Position numbers and translations under genes: made by a program
Origin: Eubacteriales bacterium
GTDB lineage: Bacteria > Bacillota > Clostridia > Oscillospirales > CAG-272
Assembly (NCBI GenBank): GCA_045650025.1
Contig: JAZRQR010000020.1
Coordinates: forward strand, 11,077-75,076
Direction: 5' to 3'
DNA length: 64,000 bases
Shown here: positions 55,270 to 64,000 of the stretch, piece after piece
Position numbering within the stretch: the stretch's first letter is position 1
Layout of the letters: every line of letters begins with the position of its first letter
The notes under the pieces: model-generated
The model's input: the letters and a program-made list of their open reading frames with translations, nothing else
Database searches by the model: none
Told to the model about the DNA's origin: nothing

Positions 55270-56850
55270 ATGAAAAGATTTCTTTCCGTGCTGCTCGCAT
55301 CTCTGATGGTTCTCGCTCTGGCAGCTGCTTGTGTGTTCAGCACCTCCGCAGCTCTCGAGGGTGACTGGGTAACCTCCAGAAGCGGCAGTGACTACGAGGA
55401 CGAAGGCAGCTACTGCCCCGCTCCCGGCTACCACTACGATCCCGCTCTCGGTTTCGTTATGGACCCCCCCACCTACGCTAAGGAGACCACTCCTTTCGTA
55501 CAGGCTCACCTGAAGAATGCTATTGACCTGAAGGCTAACAACGACGGTCAGGGCAACTCCGTTAACCTCAAGTTCACCGTTCTTGACTATGCTTACGACG
55601 GCGGCGAGAACAAGGACCAGTGGATCGCGCTGACTCTGAACAGCCAGCCCAGATCTACCCCCGGCTCCACCAAGTACGGCGAAGGTCTGTGCATCCTGAT
55701 CCGTGGCGGCGGCTACGGCTCCGCACAGGTTCAGCCCTTCTACGTAGACAACGAGACCGGCAAGAGCTTCACTCCTGCAACTGCATTCCCCACCGTTGAC
55801 GTTCCCATGAACGACAAGGACCAGGAAGAGTACACCTTCACCGTTAAGTATGTTGACGGCGGTTACGTTTTCGCAGTTAACGGCAACGAGTTCGTTGCAG
55901 ACGCTACCCTGAATGCTCACTTCGACAGAGTATTCGCTGAGGGTGCATACGTTGGCCTTCTGTGCCAGACCGGTGTTGCTGACACCACCATCTCCCTCGC
56001 TATCACTGAGTGGCAGGGCGAGCTCCCCGTAGGTGATGACTCCGCAGATCCTGAAGAGGACCTCCGTGAGAAGGCTCCCATCGCTGATTCCGCTACTATC
56101 GAAGCTAACATGCCCGCAGTTCTGTGGGATTCCACTATGAGAGACTTCAGAAAGATCTCTCTGTCCGGTGGTGAGTATGTAATCAACGAAGACGGTTCCG
56201 TTAAGATCAACATCCAGACCGTTTCTCCTTACATTTCCTTCGGTATCAAGTCCGAGGTTTCCTACGAAGCAGCTGACTTCCCCTATGTAGTAGTTCTGAC
56301 CAGAAACTGCATGGCTAACAGCGGTAACGTTTACTACTGCGCAGGTCCCATCCTGTCCGCAGAGAACAACTACTCCGAGAACTGGACCATCGATGATGTT
56401 ACTTACCCCGATGGTTGGGCTCTGGGTATCATGGACTTCTCCGACTACAACGAAGATGGTTGGTACGGCAGAATTAACAGCATCCGTGTTGGTTTTGACT
56501 TCTCCGCAGACGATATCGCTGACGAAGAGTTCAACAACTTCGACATCGGCTTCATCGGCGCATTCCGCTCCGTTGAAGAGGCTCAGGCTTACACCGCTGC
56601 TTGGCTCGCAGCTAAGGGCTACAGCGCAGAAGTAACCACTGAGGCAGAGACTGAAAAGCCCACCGAGGAAGAGACCACCAAGGCTCCCGAGGCTACTACC
56701 GAGGCTAAGACCGAGGCTGGTGCTGACGCAACCACCGAGGCTGAGACCGAGGCTGCAAAGAAGTCCAACTGCAACTCCATCGTTGCTGCTCCCGTTGTAG
56801 CATTCATTGCTATTCTGGGCGTTGCTTTCGTAGCAAAGAAGAAGGACTAA
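55270..56850 (+). CDS. Secreted cell-surface protein, LamG/ConA-like region, T/E-rich stalk and C-terminal TM anchor
   Basis: Signal peptide ..STSA/ALEG; C-terminus TEAETE..SNCNS-IVAAPVVAFIAILGVAFVA-KKKD; AGA/CGT Arg codons like ribosomal genes. Confidence 0.6.
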   Translation: MKRFLSVLLASLMVLALAAACVFSTSAALEGDWVTSRSGSDYEDEGSYCPAPGYHYDPALGFVMDPPTYAKETTPFVQAHLKNAIDLKANNDGQGNSVNLKFTVLDYAYDGGENKDQWIALTLNSQPRSTPGSTKYGEGLCILIRGGGYGSAQVQPFYVDNETGKSFTPATAFPTVDVPMNDKDQEEYTFTVKYVDGGYVFAVNGNEFVADATLNAHFDRVFAEGAYVGLLCQTGVADTTISLAITEWQGELPVGDDSADPEEDLREKAPIADSATIEANMPAVLWDSTMRDFRKISLSGGEYVINEDGSVKINIQTVSPYISFGIKSEVSYEAADFPYVVVLTRNCMANSGNVYYCAGPILSAENNYSENWTIDDVTYPDGWALGIMDFSDYNEDGWYGRINSIRVGFDFSADDIADEEFNNFDIGFIGAFRSVEEAQAYTAAWLAAKGYSAEVTTEAETEKPTEEETTKAPEATTEAKTEAGADATTEAETEAAKKSNCNSIVAAPVVAFIAILGVAFVAKKKD

Positions 56851-56884
56851 TTCTTAACTGAATATAATCTTTCAGACCTATAAA

Positions 56885-56916
56885 GGGGCTGCCGCTTGCG
56901 GCAGCCCTTTTTGTTT
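56885..56916 (+). terminator. Rho-independent terminator
   Basis: GGGCTGCC-GCTTGC-GGCAGCCC then TTTTTGTTTT. Confidence 0.85.
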
Positions 56917-56970
56917 TGTGAATTGTTCAATATGCCTTGAACGCGAGGGGATATTTGTGCATACTTACAA

Positions 56971-56999
56971 TTTACAGAAAACAGAAAATGTGGTATAAT
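56971..56999 (+). promoter_or_regulatory. Promoter TTTACA-N17-TATAAT (extended -10 TGG)
   Basis: Hexamers 56971-56976 and 56994-56999. Confidence 0.65.
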
Positions 57000-57061
57000 A
57001 CATCATATGTTCCGTGTTGCCCTTCAAGCGCGACGATTTGTGCGGAACCAAGGAGTAAAAC

Positions 57062-59125
57062 ATGTCTAGAACACAACTGTTATCCGTTCTTTCTTTGATC
57101 CTTTGCCTTGTGATGGTGCTGCCTTTTGCAGCATGTCATCCCGCAAGCGAAGGGGAAGGACAAACCACCGACCTTGTAACCGATGCGGAAACCGCAGAGG
57201 ATTCTGCTGCTGACACCGAGGACAATACCGAGGGCAATACCGAAGCCGATACCGAAACGGGTACCGAGCAGGACACCCAGCCTCCCAAGGAGGAGCTTGG
57301 CGTGGCAGGTAAGCCTTCCATCAATTTTGATAAGACCGTTCAGGTAACCGAGAACGGCGGCGCTGCTGTCGTTACTACCGCGTCCGGTCTTGCTTACACC
57401 GCATCCGGCTACAGCCAATATGCAAACGGCTCGTTTACCATCAACGCAAACCATAAGGTAACGCTGGACGGCTTTGCAGACAGCTTTAACAGATTGACGC
57501 TGTGCTACGTTTCGGATGCACCGCTGGAGTGCACCGTAACCTACGTGCAGAACGGCAAAACCGTGGAGGATCTGTTCTACCTCGAAGCAGGCACACAGAC
57601 CTTCTGCGCGCTCACGCTTGGTTATTTGTCCGGCAAGCAGGCAAGTGATCTGACCGCAATTTCCTTTAGCACCTGCGAGGAAAAGAATGCAAGCTTTGTG
57701 CTGTGCGACGTTAAGACCGAGGTTTACGAGGTGTACGCAGATGACGTATACTACGTAGAAAACGATGCTTACGTGCTTGGCATTCGTCTTTCCTGGGGCG
57801 GTGGCGTTTGCTACATCAAGGATAAGAATAGCCAGATCAAGGGCATTGAAAACCTGATCAACCAGGCGGACACCGGCAGACTGGTGCAGCAATCCTACTA
57901 CGGCACGTATGCAAACGGTGAATACGTCAACGGCAATTACAATGGCACCACCTGGCCCTACAACCCCGTACAGGGCGGTGACGTGCACGGCAATGCCAGC
58001 CGTATCATTGACATCGTGGTAGGCGATAGCTCGCTGTATATCAAAGCACAGCCGCAGGACTGGGGTCACAACAACGATCTGACCATCAGCTACATGGAAA
58101 ACGTCTACGTCCTGGAGGACAACTATATCCGCGTAGATAACCGCTTTGTGGATTTCTCGGGTTGGGAGCACAGATACGCCAACCAGGAGCTGCCCGCATT
58201 CTATACGCTGAGCTATTTTAACGAGTTCTCTTACTACGCAGGCTCCAAGTCCTGGGAAGATCAGCCTCTGACTACCAGAGATGACCTTGGCTTCTGGGGA
58301 GATGCAAAATATCACGACGACTGCACCTTCAAGATTCGCTACAGCAACACGGAAACCTGGTGCGCATGGACCAACGGCTTGACCGATTACGGCATTGGCT
58401 TGTTTGTTCCTAATGTGGATATCCTGCTTGCAGGCAGACACGCTTATAACGGCAGCAAGGACTCCAAGAACGGCGCTACCAACTACGTAGCCCCCTTGTG
58501 CACCATGAAGATCGTATCCTTCGAGCCCATCGAATACAGCTACATGATGACCACCGGTACGCTTGACCAGATCCGTAGCACCTTCAAGGCGAACAAGGAT
58601 TTTGCCACCAACGAATCTCTGCACAACAATTACATCAACGAGCGTATTGAGGACGAGGGCGCAGCAGTTCCGATGGATAAGCTGGTATTTGACAATCTCA
58701 ACGCCAGCCTCAAGCTGCAGGCTATGAACAATACCGTTACGGGCTTTGACGAGGAGCAGAAGGCTGCTACGCTGACCGTTGCGACCGCAAGCGATCCTTA
58801 TGCCAACATTGATTACACCAAATCTGCTGTTAAGCTCAAGGCAGAGGATTACACCAAGATCGTGGTTACGTACATGATCCCCACGACCAACAGCCGCTCG
58901 ACTTATAACGCAGAGCTGTTCTTAAGCACGGGCACCTCCATGAACGCCGAGGGCGGCAAATCGGTGCGCGGACAGGTCGTAGCCGATGGTGAATACCATA
59001 CGCTTGAAATCTCGGTAGCGGGACTTTCGTTCTGGTCGGGTAATATCAACGCGATCCGCTTTGACTACTTTGATGCATGCGGCGTCGGTGACGTGATCTA
59101 CGTTCGCTCCATTGAACTCCAATAA
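57062..59125 (+). CDS. Hypothetical secreted lipoprotein with acidic xTE-repeat linker
   Basis: Lipobox PFAAC; DTEDNTEGNTEADTETGTEQDT repeat; about 600-aa unrecognised domain. Confidence 0.5.
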   Translation: MSRTQLLSVLSLILCLVMVLPFAACHPASEGEGQTTDLVTDAETAEDSAADTEDNTEGNTEADTETGTEQDTQPPKEELGVAGKPSINFDKTVQVTENGGAAVVTTASGLAYTASGYSQYANGSFTINANHKVTLDGFADSFNRLTLCYVSDAPLECTVTYVQNGKTVEDLFYLEAGTQTFCALTLGYLSGKQASDLTAISFSTCEEKNASFVLCDVKTEVYEVYADDVYYVENDAYVLGIRLSWGGGVCYIKDKNSQIKGIENLINQADTGRLVQQSYYGTYANGEYVNGNYNGTTWPYNPVQGGDVHGNASRIIDIVVGDSSLYIKAQPQDWGHNNDLTISYMENVYVLEDNYIRVDNRFVDFSGWEHRYANQELPAFYTLSYFNEFSYYAGSKSWEDQPLTTRDDLGFWGDAKYHDDCTFKIRYSNTETWCAWTNGLTDYGIGLFVPNVDILLAGRHAYNGSKDSKNGATNYVAPLCTMKIVSFEPIEYSYMMTTGTLDQIRSTFKANKDFATNESLHNNYINERIEDEGAAVPMDKLVFDNLNASLKLQAMNNTVTGFDEEQKAATLTVATASDPYANIDYTKSAVKLKAEDYTKIVVTYMIPTTNSRSTYNAELFLSTGTSMNAEGGKSVRGQVVADGEYHTLEISVAGLSFWSGNINAIRFDYFDACGVGDVIYVRSIELQ

Positions 59126-59138
59126 CACACAAAAAACC

Positions 59139-59170
59139 TCCGCGGCATTGCCGCGGAACTTGCTTTTTTT
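59139..59170. terminator. Bidirectional terminator (57062 gene / ruvB)
   Basis: CCGCGGC-ATT-GCCGCGG with T-runs on both strands. Confidence 0.75.
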
Positions 59171-60239
59171 ATTGATCAAACAGGGAAACTTGGTTGTTGA
59201 TGCCGTTTTTGTTGGGCGCTGCGGGAACGCGCAAGCCAAGGTGCTCGTAGGCGAGCTTGGTCACGCATCTGCCACGCGGTGTGCGGGAAAGGAAGCCGAG
59301 CTGCATCAGATAGGGCTCGTAAACGTCCTCAATCGTCACAGCCTCTTCGCCAATGGTTGCCGCCAGCGTGTCCAGGCCAACGGGGCCGCCGTCGTAGAAC
59401 TTGATAATGGCTTCCATCATCTTGCGGTCGGTGTTGTCCAGACCCAGCTCGTCGATCTCCAGCTTGTTGAGCGCATAACCGGCAATCTCGGAGTCAATGG
59501 TATCCTTACCGCTGACCATAGCAAAGTCACGCACGCGCTTGAGCAAGCGGTTTGCTATACGGGGCGTGCCTCTGGAGCGCGAAGCAATCTCGTACGAGCC
59601 GTCCTCGGTGATGGCAATGCCTAAGATGCCGGCACTGCGACGCACGATCAGCGCAAGCTCCTCGGGGGTGTAAAGCTCCAGCTTGAGCAGTACGCCAAAG
59701 CGGTCACGCAAGGGAGTGGTCAGCTGACCTGCGCGTGTTGTCGCGCCGATCAGAGTGAACTTCGGCAGGTCGATACGAATGCTGCGTGCAGCGGGACCCT
59801 TGCCGATGATAATATCCAGCGCGTAGTCTTCCATAGCGGGGTAGAGGATCTCCTCAACCGAACGGGAAAGACGGTGGATCTCGTCAATAAACAGCACGTC
59901 GCCTTGGTTAAGGTTGGTCAGAAGCGCTGCCAGATCGCCTTGCTTTTCAATGGCAGGGCCGGAGGTAATGCGAATGTTAACGCCCAGCTCGTTGGCAATG
60001 ATATTGGAGAGTGTGGTTTTACCCAGTCCGGGAGGGCCGTAGAGCAGCACGTGGTCAAGCGACTCGCCGCGCATCTTGGCGGCTTCAATGTAAACCTTCA
60101 GGTTTTCCTTTGCCTTGTCCTGGCCTACGTAATCTGCCAGCGTTTTGGGGCGCAGGGAAGCATCAATATCGGAATCCTCGGGGGAATACCCGGTGGATAC
60201 GATGCGATTTTCATAATCAAAATCCTGTTCTTCGAACAT
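59169..60239 (-). CDS. ruvB: Holliday junction DNA helicase RuvB
   Basis: [14 protein letters not shown], full-length match to the RuvB pattern. Confidence 0.95.
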   Translation of the reverse strand: MFEEQDFDYENRIVSTGYSPEDSDIDASLRPKTLADYVGQDKAKENLKVYIEAAKMRGESLDHVLLYGPPGLGKTTLSNIIANELGVNIRITSGPAIEKQGDLAALLTNLNQGDVLFIDEIHRLSRSVEEILYPAMEDYALDIIIGKGPAARSIRIDLPKFTLIGATTRAGQLTTPLRDRFGVLLKLELYTPEELALIVRRSAGILGIAITEDGSYEIASRSRGTPRIANRLLKRVRDFAMVSGKDTIDSEIAGYALNKLEIDELGLDNTDRKMMEAIIKFYDGGPVGLDTLAATIGEEAVTIEDVYEPYLMQLGFLSRTPRGRCVTKLAYEHLGLRVPAAPNKNGINNQVSLFDQ

Positions 60240-60252
60240 ACACCGTGCCTCC

Positions 60253-60864
60253 TTACATCAGCTTTTTGAGTGCCTGGCGAATGATCTCCTCCAGGGTCAT
60301 CTGGTCTGTGGGCATGGATTTGAGCACGTTGGTCGCCTCGGCTCTCTGGTATCCCAGCACCATCAAAGCGTCCAGCGCCTCGCTGAGCTTTCCGCGCGCG
60401 GGCGCGCCGGACTTGGCAGAGGTTGCCGTTTCAGGGGCTGCGGAAAATTCACCGCCGTGCTCCTTGATCAGCTTATCCTTAAGCTCCAGCACGATTCTTG
60501 CTGCCGTTTTGGGTCCAACGCCGCTTGCCTTAGAAATTGCCTTGGTATCCTCGGTGCACACCGCCAGCGCGAATTTTTCGGGCGTCAGAAGCGACAGAAT
60601 GGACATGGCTGCTTTGGGGCCTACGCCGGAAACCGTGATCAGCATCTGGAAGGAGGAGAGCTCGGTTTCATCAAAAAATCCGAACAGCTCAATTCCGTCC
60701 TCGCGCACGGCAAGGTAGGTGTAGAGCTTGGCAGGATTTCCTGCCGGGGGCAGCTTGTCATAAGTATTCTGGCTGACCGTCAGCTTATAGCCAACGCCGC
60801 CTGCATCGATCACGGCAAAGCTCATGCCCTTATGTGCGAGCGTACCGCTTACGTAATAGTACAT
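60253..60864 (-). CDS. ruvA: Holliday junction DNA helicase RuvA
   Basis: MYYYVSGTL start, two HhH motifs (GVGPK), domain III; upstream of ruvB. Confidence 0.9.
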   Translation of the reverse strand: MYYYVSGTLAHKGMSFAVIDAGGVGYKLTVSQNTYDKLPPAGNPAKLYTYLAVREDGIELFGFFDETELSSFQMLITVSGVGPKAAMSILSLLTPEKFALAVCTEDTKAISKASGVGPKTAARIVLELKDKLIKEHGGEFSAAPETATSAKSGAPARGKLSEALDALMVLGYQRAEATNVLKSMPTDQMTLEEIIRQALKKLM

Positions 60865-60878
60865 AAAATCTCCTTAAA

Positions 60879-60902
60879 TCCCACGGGGATGCCCCCGTGG
60901 GA
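60879..60902 (-). other. Stem-loop between yfhO-like stop and ruvA start
   Basis: TCCCACGGGG-ATGC-CCCCGTGGGA; short U tract only, followed by ruvA SD. Confidence 0.4.
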
Positions 60903-60908
60903 ATCATG

Positions 60909-63746
60909 TTATTCTTGGGGTGGTTGTTGCTCCGGGAGTGCTTGCTGCTCGGCGGACTCGGAGGTCTCCTTTTGCGCTTCGGGCACTTTACGGGGTTCGG
61001 GGATGCGGAAGAACTCGCCGTAGCCGCGAATGCGACGCAGCTTGTCTTCAAAGATGATCAGCAGGAAGAATGCAGCTGTGGAAACGATGGTGACGGCAAC
61101 GCCCAGCACCAGCTCCTTGGGGCAGTAGATCATCTGGATCTCGTGCTCGCCGGGCTGCTCGATATAATAGCCGACCAGAGCGTCAGCAAGCTCAATGGTC
61201 TCTACCTTCTGACCGTCGATCAGTACCTGCCAGCCCTTGTCGTAGGGAATGGTGGTGGTGATCAGCTGATTTTCCTTGGTGGTGGTAATGGTGCCGGGCA
61301 GGTAATCCTCGCGGTAATTCTCGGGATCGATCTGCACGTTGCCTTGCTGCAATCTGGTGATTGCTTCGGTAAATACTTCCATATCCAAAGCGTATACGAA
61401 GCCGTGCTCCAGATTCTGCTGGAGATAGAAGTTGTCGTAGTCGTTCTTGATGGTCAACTTGAGCTCCAGATCGGTTCTGTCAAAGTCGCCGATCGAAACG
61501 ATTCTCCAGGTGTTGTTATCGCCCCACTTGCCTGCGGACTTGCCGTTGGCGGTCATGTTGACCTGTCTGGAATATACGGTGGGGAAGTAAACGAACAGCT
61601 CGGTGTTCTTCTCAATTCGATAATCAAACGTGATCGTACCGCCATCGCCCTTATACAGGTCGTGCTTGGCAGCAGAGCTCTTGGTAACGTCCTTAGTGTT
61701 CATCGAGACCTGCTGTTGCTCTACGAAGATCTGCAGCGTCTCCTCTTCGCCAAGCATCATGGAGATCATGGCGTTCATGCGCTCAAAGGGATTTTCGTAA
61801 TCGTTGAGTGCAAAGTCGGCAAACGCATCGTCCACCGCGTAGGCAATGCTCATATAGTAGGGATTCTGGTAAACCACGTATTTGCCGTTGTCCAGTACGT
61901 TTTCCCAGTCGTCCTTATCATACAGGGGCTCGCCGTAATATTCGTCGTAATTCTTGTCGGTCATGATATACTTGATACCAAGCAGGGAGTCGCTCACGGG
62001 AGTCTCGCCCTGATACTGAGACCAGTGCGATTTGGAGGAGTAACCCATCATGCGCAAGAAGTAGATGGTGTCTGCGTTGAGTGTGGAGGTGGAGTTGGAA
62101 AGACCGCGGATCTGCAGCGCAAGGTTATCGTTGAGCTTGCGGTGGTAGGTCTTTTCCATACGGTAGAAGGAGGTATCGTTTTCCTGTACGGTATTGATGA
62201 TGGGTCTTACCGTATCCAGATAATCGTTGTAGTAGGAGTACTTGGTAAAGGTTACGTCCTTGTCAAGATCGTTGAGATCCCAAAGACCGCTGATATACAT
62301 CTCGCCGCACACAAAGAATACAAGCAAGCAAGCGATCAGCTCTTTGTTTCTGACGCGTGGGAGTACGCAAACCAGGATGGTGTATACGATCAGACAGCCG
62401 ATGGTCAGCCATACGGTCTGGAAGTCGTGCACCTTGATATATTCGTTGTATTCCGCTTCGATCAGGGGCGCAAATTCCTGCAGGACGATCACGGCAAGTC
62501 CAATGATGGCAGCAATACCGATCATGGGCTTGCGGCTGACCGTGCGCATGTTGGTAAATGCACGGTAAGCCATGACGATCATATAGAAGCCGAGCATAAA
62601 GCTGTAACGGTTGTTGAGCCAGTTGGGCTTCTGGAAGCCGTGCCAGATCAGGTCGATCGAGCTGGTGGCAAAGCTGAATACGAATATGGTGATCAGAATT
62701 GCGTAAGCAACCTTTTCGCCCGTCTTGAACTGCTTGTTAAAGAAGAACATGGGCACCAACAGAAGCGTCAGCACACCGCAATAAACGAAGGGAAGACCTG
62801 CGGGACGAACCGTGTCGTAGGAGGAGGGCAGGAACTTGTAGAACAGCTCAAGGAAGTTTAAGCGTGAGGTGAATGCCCAGTTGGGATCCGAGAAGTCGGT
62901 CTTACCAAAGGTCAGGGAGTAGTATGCCGTAAATACGATGAAGGCGGAAATACCGATTGCAATGACCGAGTAAAAGCCGATACGCAGGAAGGAACGAATG
63001 CCGTGGAATCTTTCCTCGTAGGGGTTGTTGCAGTGCTTGAAGCCCCAGAGGTACGCAAAGAAGTAAATAGCAACCGCGATACATACCATGTATCCGATAT
63101 AGTAGTTACTGACCACGGTCAGGGTCAGGAAAATGACGAACACCTTGTATTTTCCGTACTTGACCAGCTGCTCAATGCCGTACATTACCAGCGGGAACCA
63201 GATGACCGCGTCGATCCACATGGTATTGTTTTGCTGGGTAATGCAGTAGGACATCAGGGCATACATGACGGAAAACGCGATCACGCCGATACGGTTGATG
63301 CGTTTTTCGGACTGATGCAGATAAAATGCCATGGTACCTGCGCAGAACGCAGCCTTTACCATAAACATGAACAAGAGTGCCTCACACATTCTGTCCTCGG
63401 GGAACAGGCAGACAAGATAGGAGAAGGGGCTGGCGATATAGTATTCGTAAATACCCATAAACTCCCCGCCCAGGGCGCGTGAGAATGAGTAAATGATACT
63501 GGTATCTCCGTTGACCACAAAGTTGCGTAGCGCCTCAAAGAAATAGACGTACTGACCGTTGAGGTCAAGCACCAGCACGCATCCGTTGCCGAACGGATAC
63601 AAGCCTCTTGCCAGATACATCAAATATACCAGGACGGCAGGGATCAGTGCGGCGATCAGAATATACCAATACTCCGAAAAGATATTGGTACATTTTCTTT
63701 TGCACTTTAAAAGTCCGTCTTTTGCTAATTCCGAATTCCACTTCAT
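60909..63746 (-). CDS. YfhO-family membrane glycosyltransferase-like protein
   Basis: 945 aa, N-terminal about 13 TM plus large extracytoplasmic domain and C-terminal TM. Confidence 0.7.
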   Translation of the reverse strand: MKWNSELAKDGLLKCKRKCTNIFSEYWYILIAALIPAVLVYLMYLARGLYPFGNGCVLVLDLNGQYVYFFEALRNFVVNGDTSIIYSFSRALGGEFMGIYEYYIASPFSYLVCLFPEDRMCEALLFMFMVKAAFCAGTMAFYLHQSEKRINRIGVIAFSVMYALMSYCITQQNNTMWIDAVIWFPLVMYGIEQLVKYGKYKVFVIFLTLTVVSNYYIGYMVCIAVAIYFFAYLWGFKHCNNPYEERFHGIRSFLRIGFYSVIAIGISAFIVFTAYYSLTFGKTDFSDPNWAFTSRLNFLELFYKFLPSSYDTVRPAGLPFVYCGVLTLLLVPMFFFNKQFKTGEKVAYAILITIFVFSFATSSIDLIWHGFQKPNWLNNRYSFMLGFYMIVMAYRAFTNMRTVSRKPMIGIAAIIGLAVIVLQEFAPLIEAEYNEYIKVHDFQTVWLTIGCLIVYTILVCVLPRVRNKELIACLLVFFVCGEMYISGLWDLNDLDKDVTFTKYSYYNDYLDTVRPIINTVQENDTSFYRMEKTYHRKLNDNLALQIRGLSNSTSTLNADTIYFLRMMGYSSKSHWSQYQGETPVSDSLLGIKYIMTDKNYDEYYGEPLYDKDDWENVLDNGKYVVYQNPYYMSIAYAVDDAFADFALNDYENPFERMNAMISMMLGEEETLQIFVEQQQVSMNTKDVTKSSAAKHDLYKGDGGTITFDYRIEKNTELFVYFPTVYSRQVNMTANGKSAGKWGDNNTWRIVSIGDFDRTDLELKLTIKNDYDNFYLQQNLEHGFVYALDMEVFTEAITRLQQGNVQIDPENYREDYLPGTITTTKENQLITTTIPYDKGWQVLIDGQKVETIELADALVGYYIEQPGEHEIQMIYCPKELVLGVAVTIVSTAAFFLLIIFEDKLRRIRGYGEFFRIPEPRKVPEAQKETSESAEQQALPEQQPPQE

Positions 63747-63967
63747 ATGCTGTTCTCCTCGTTATCATGGTGCCCGGACGTCGGGCTGGTAATGGATTTG
63801 ATCGATTTTTCAAGCTTGATGCGGTCCACGTTCATGTCTCTGCCGCAGCCACGGCACACCACACGCACAAGGCTGCCCACGCGCATGACCGTAAAATCAG
63901 CGCAGCCGCAGGGGTGTGGCTTTTTGAGATGCAGGACGTCTCCCGTTTGTATTTTGATGATATTCAT
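63743..63967 (-). CDS. DUF951 family small protein
   Basis: HPCGC...CRGCG zinc-ribbon-like cysteines; ATG 63967 seven nt after GGAGA; overlaps yfhO-like start. Confidence 0.55.
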   Translation of the reverse strand: MNIIKIQTGDVLHLKKPHPCGCADFTVMRVGSLVRVVCRGCGRDMNVDRIKLEKSIKSITSPTSGHHDNEENSI

Positions 63968-64000
63968 ATGCATTTCTCCGTCTGTCGGAAGGGGATTCCC

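Noticed and set aside
60897-62861. 654-aa ORF on the plus strand
   Set aside because: It is the antisense shadow of the YfhO-family gene, with low-complexity G/V/L/D/H-rich translation and no start context.
1-64000. Search for CRISPR arrays, IS elements, integrases, prophage or toxin-antitoxin modules
   Set aside because: I saw no regularly spaced repeats and no transposase, integrase, recombinase or phage structural motifs in any frame. The only repeat families are those reported above.

Overview
This window reads as a core chromosomal segment of a high-GC (about 56-58%) Gram-positive anaerobe, probably Clostridia (Oscillospiraceae-like); that taxonomic guess rests on gene content and style only. 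I call 69 protein-coding genes, almost all ordinary housekeeping or accessory metabolism. They include obg, ppa, bcp, prs, rimM-trmD, ptsH, uvrC, rsmD-coaD, rplU-prp-rpmA, glpK, potABCD, mecA, ruvAB, a YfhO-family protein, several glycoside-hydrolase-like genes, and many small enzymes and membrane proteins. There are two tRNA-Leu genes, Leu(GAG) and Leu(CAG). I found no CRISPR array, transposase, integrase, phage genes or recognisable defence system. Intergenic regions are short and carry many exact or near-exact TTGACA-N17-TATAAT promoters and clean hairpin terminators. These helped trim over-extended ORF starts. The many long ORFs antisense to real genes are GC-bias shadows and were rejected. 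The features worth a second look are non-coding:
- An ~89-nt structured leader present twice, upstream of ppa and bcp, with a Shine-Dalgarno (SD)-mimic alternative pairing.
- A 227-nt long-hairpin element bracketed by two terminators at 19.6-19.9 kb.
- A 374-bp region after tRNA-Leu(CAG) holding three copies of the tRNA 3' end and two highly structured modules. Each module is closed by an inverted copy of that 3' end.
- A 49-bp palindrome between divergent consensus promoters, and repeat arrays upstream of the pot operon.
All product calls come from motif recognition by eye. No database search or folding program was run.
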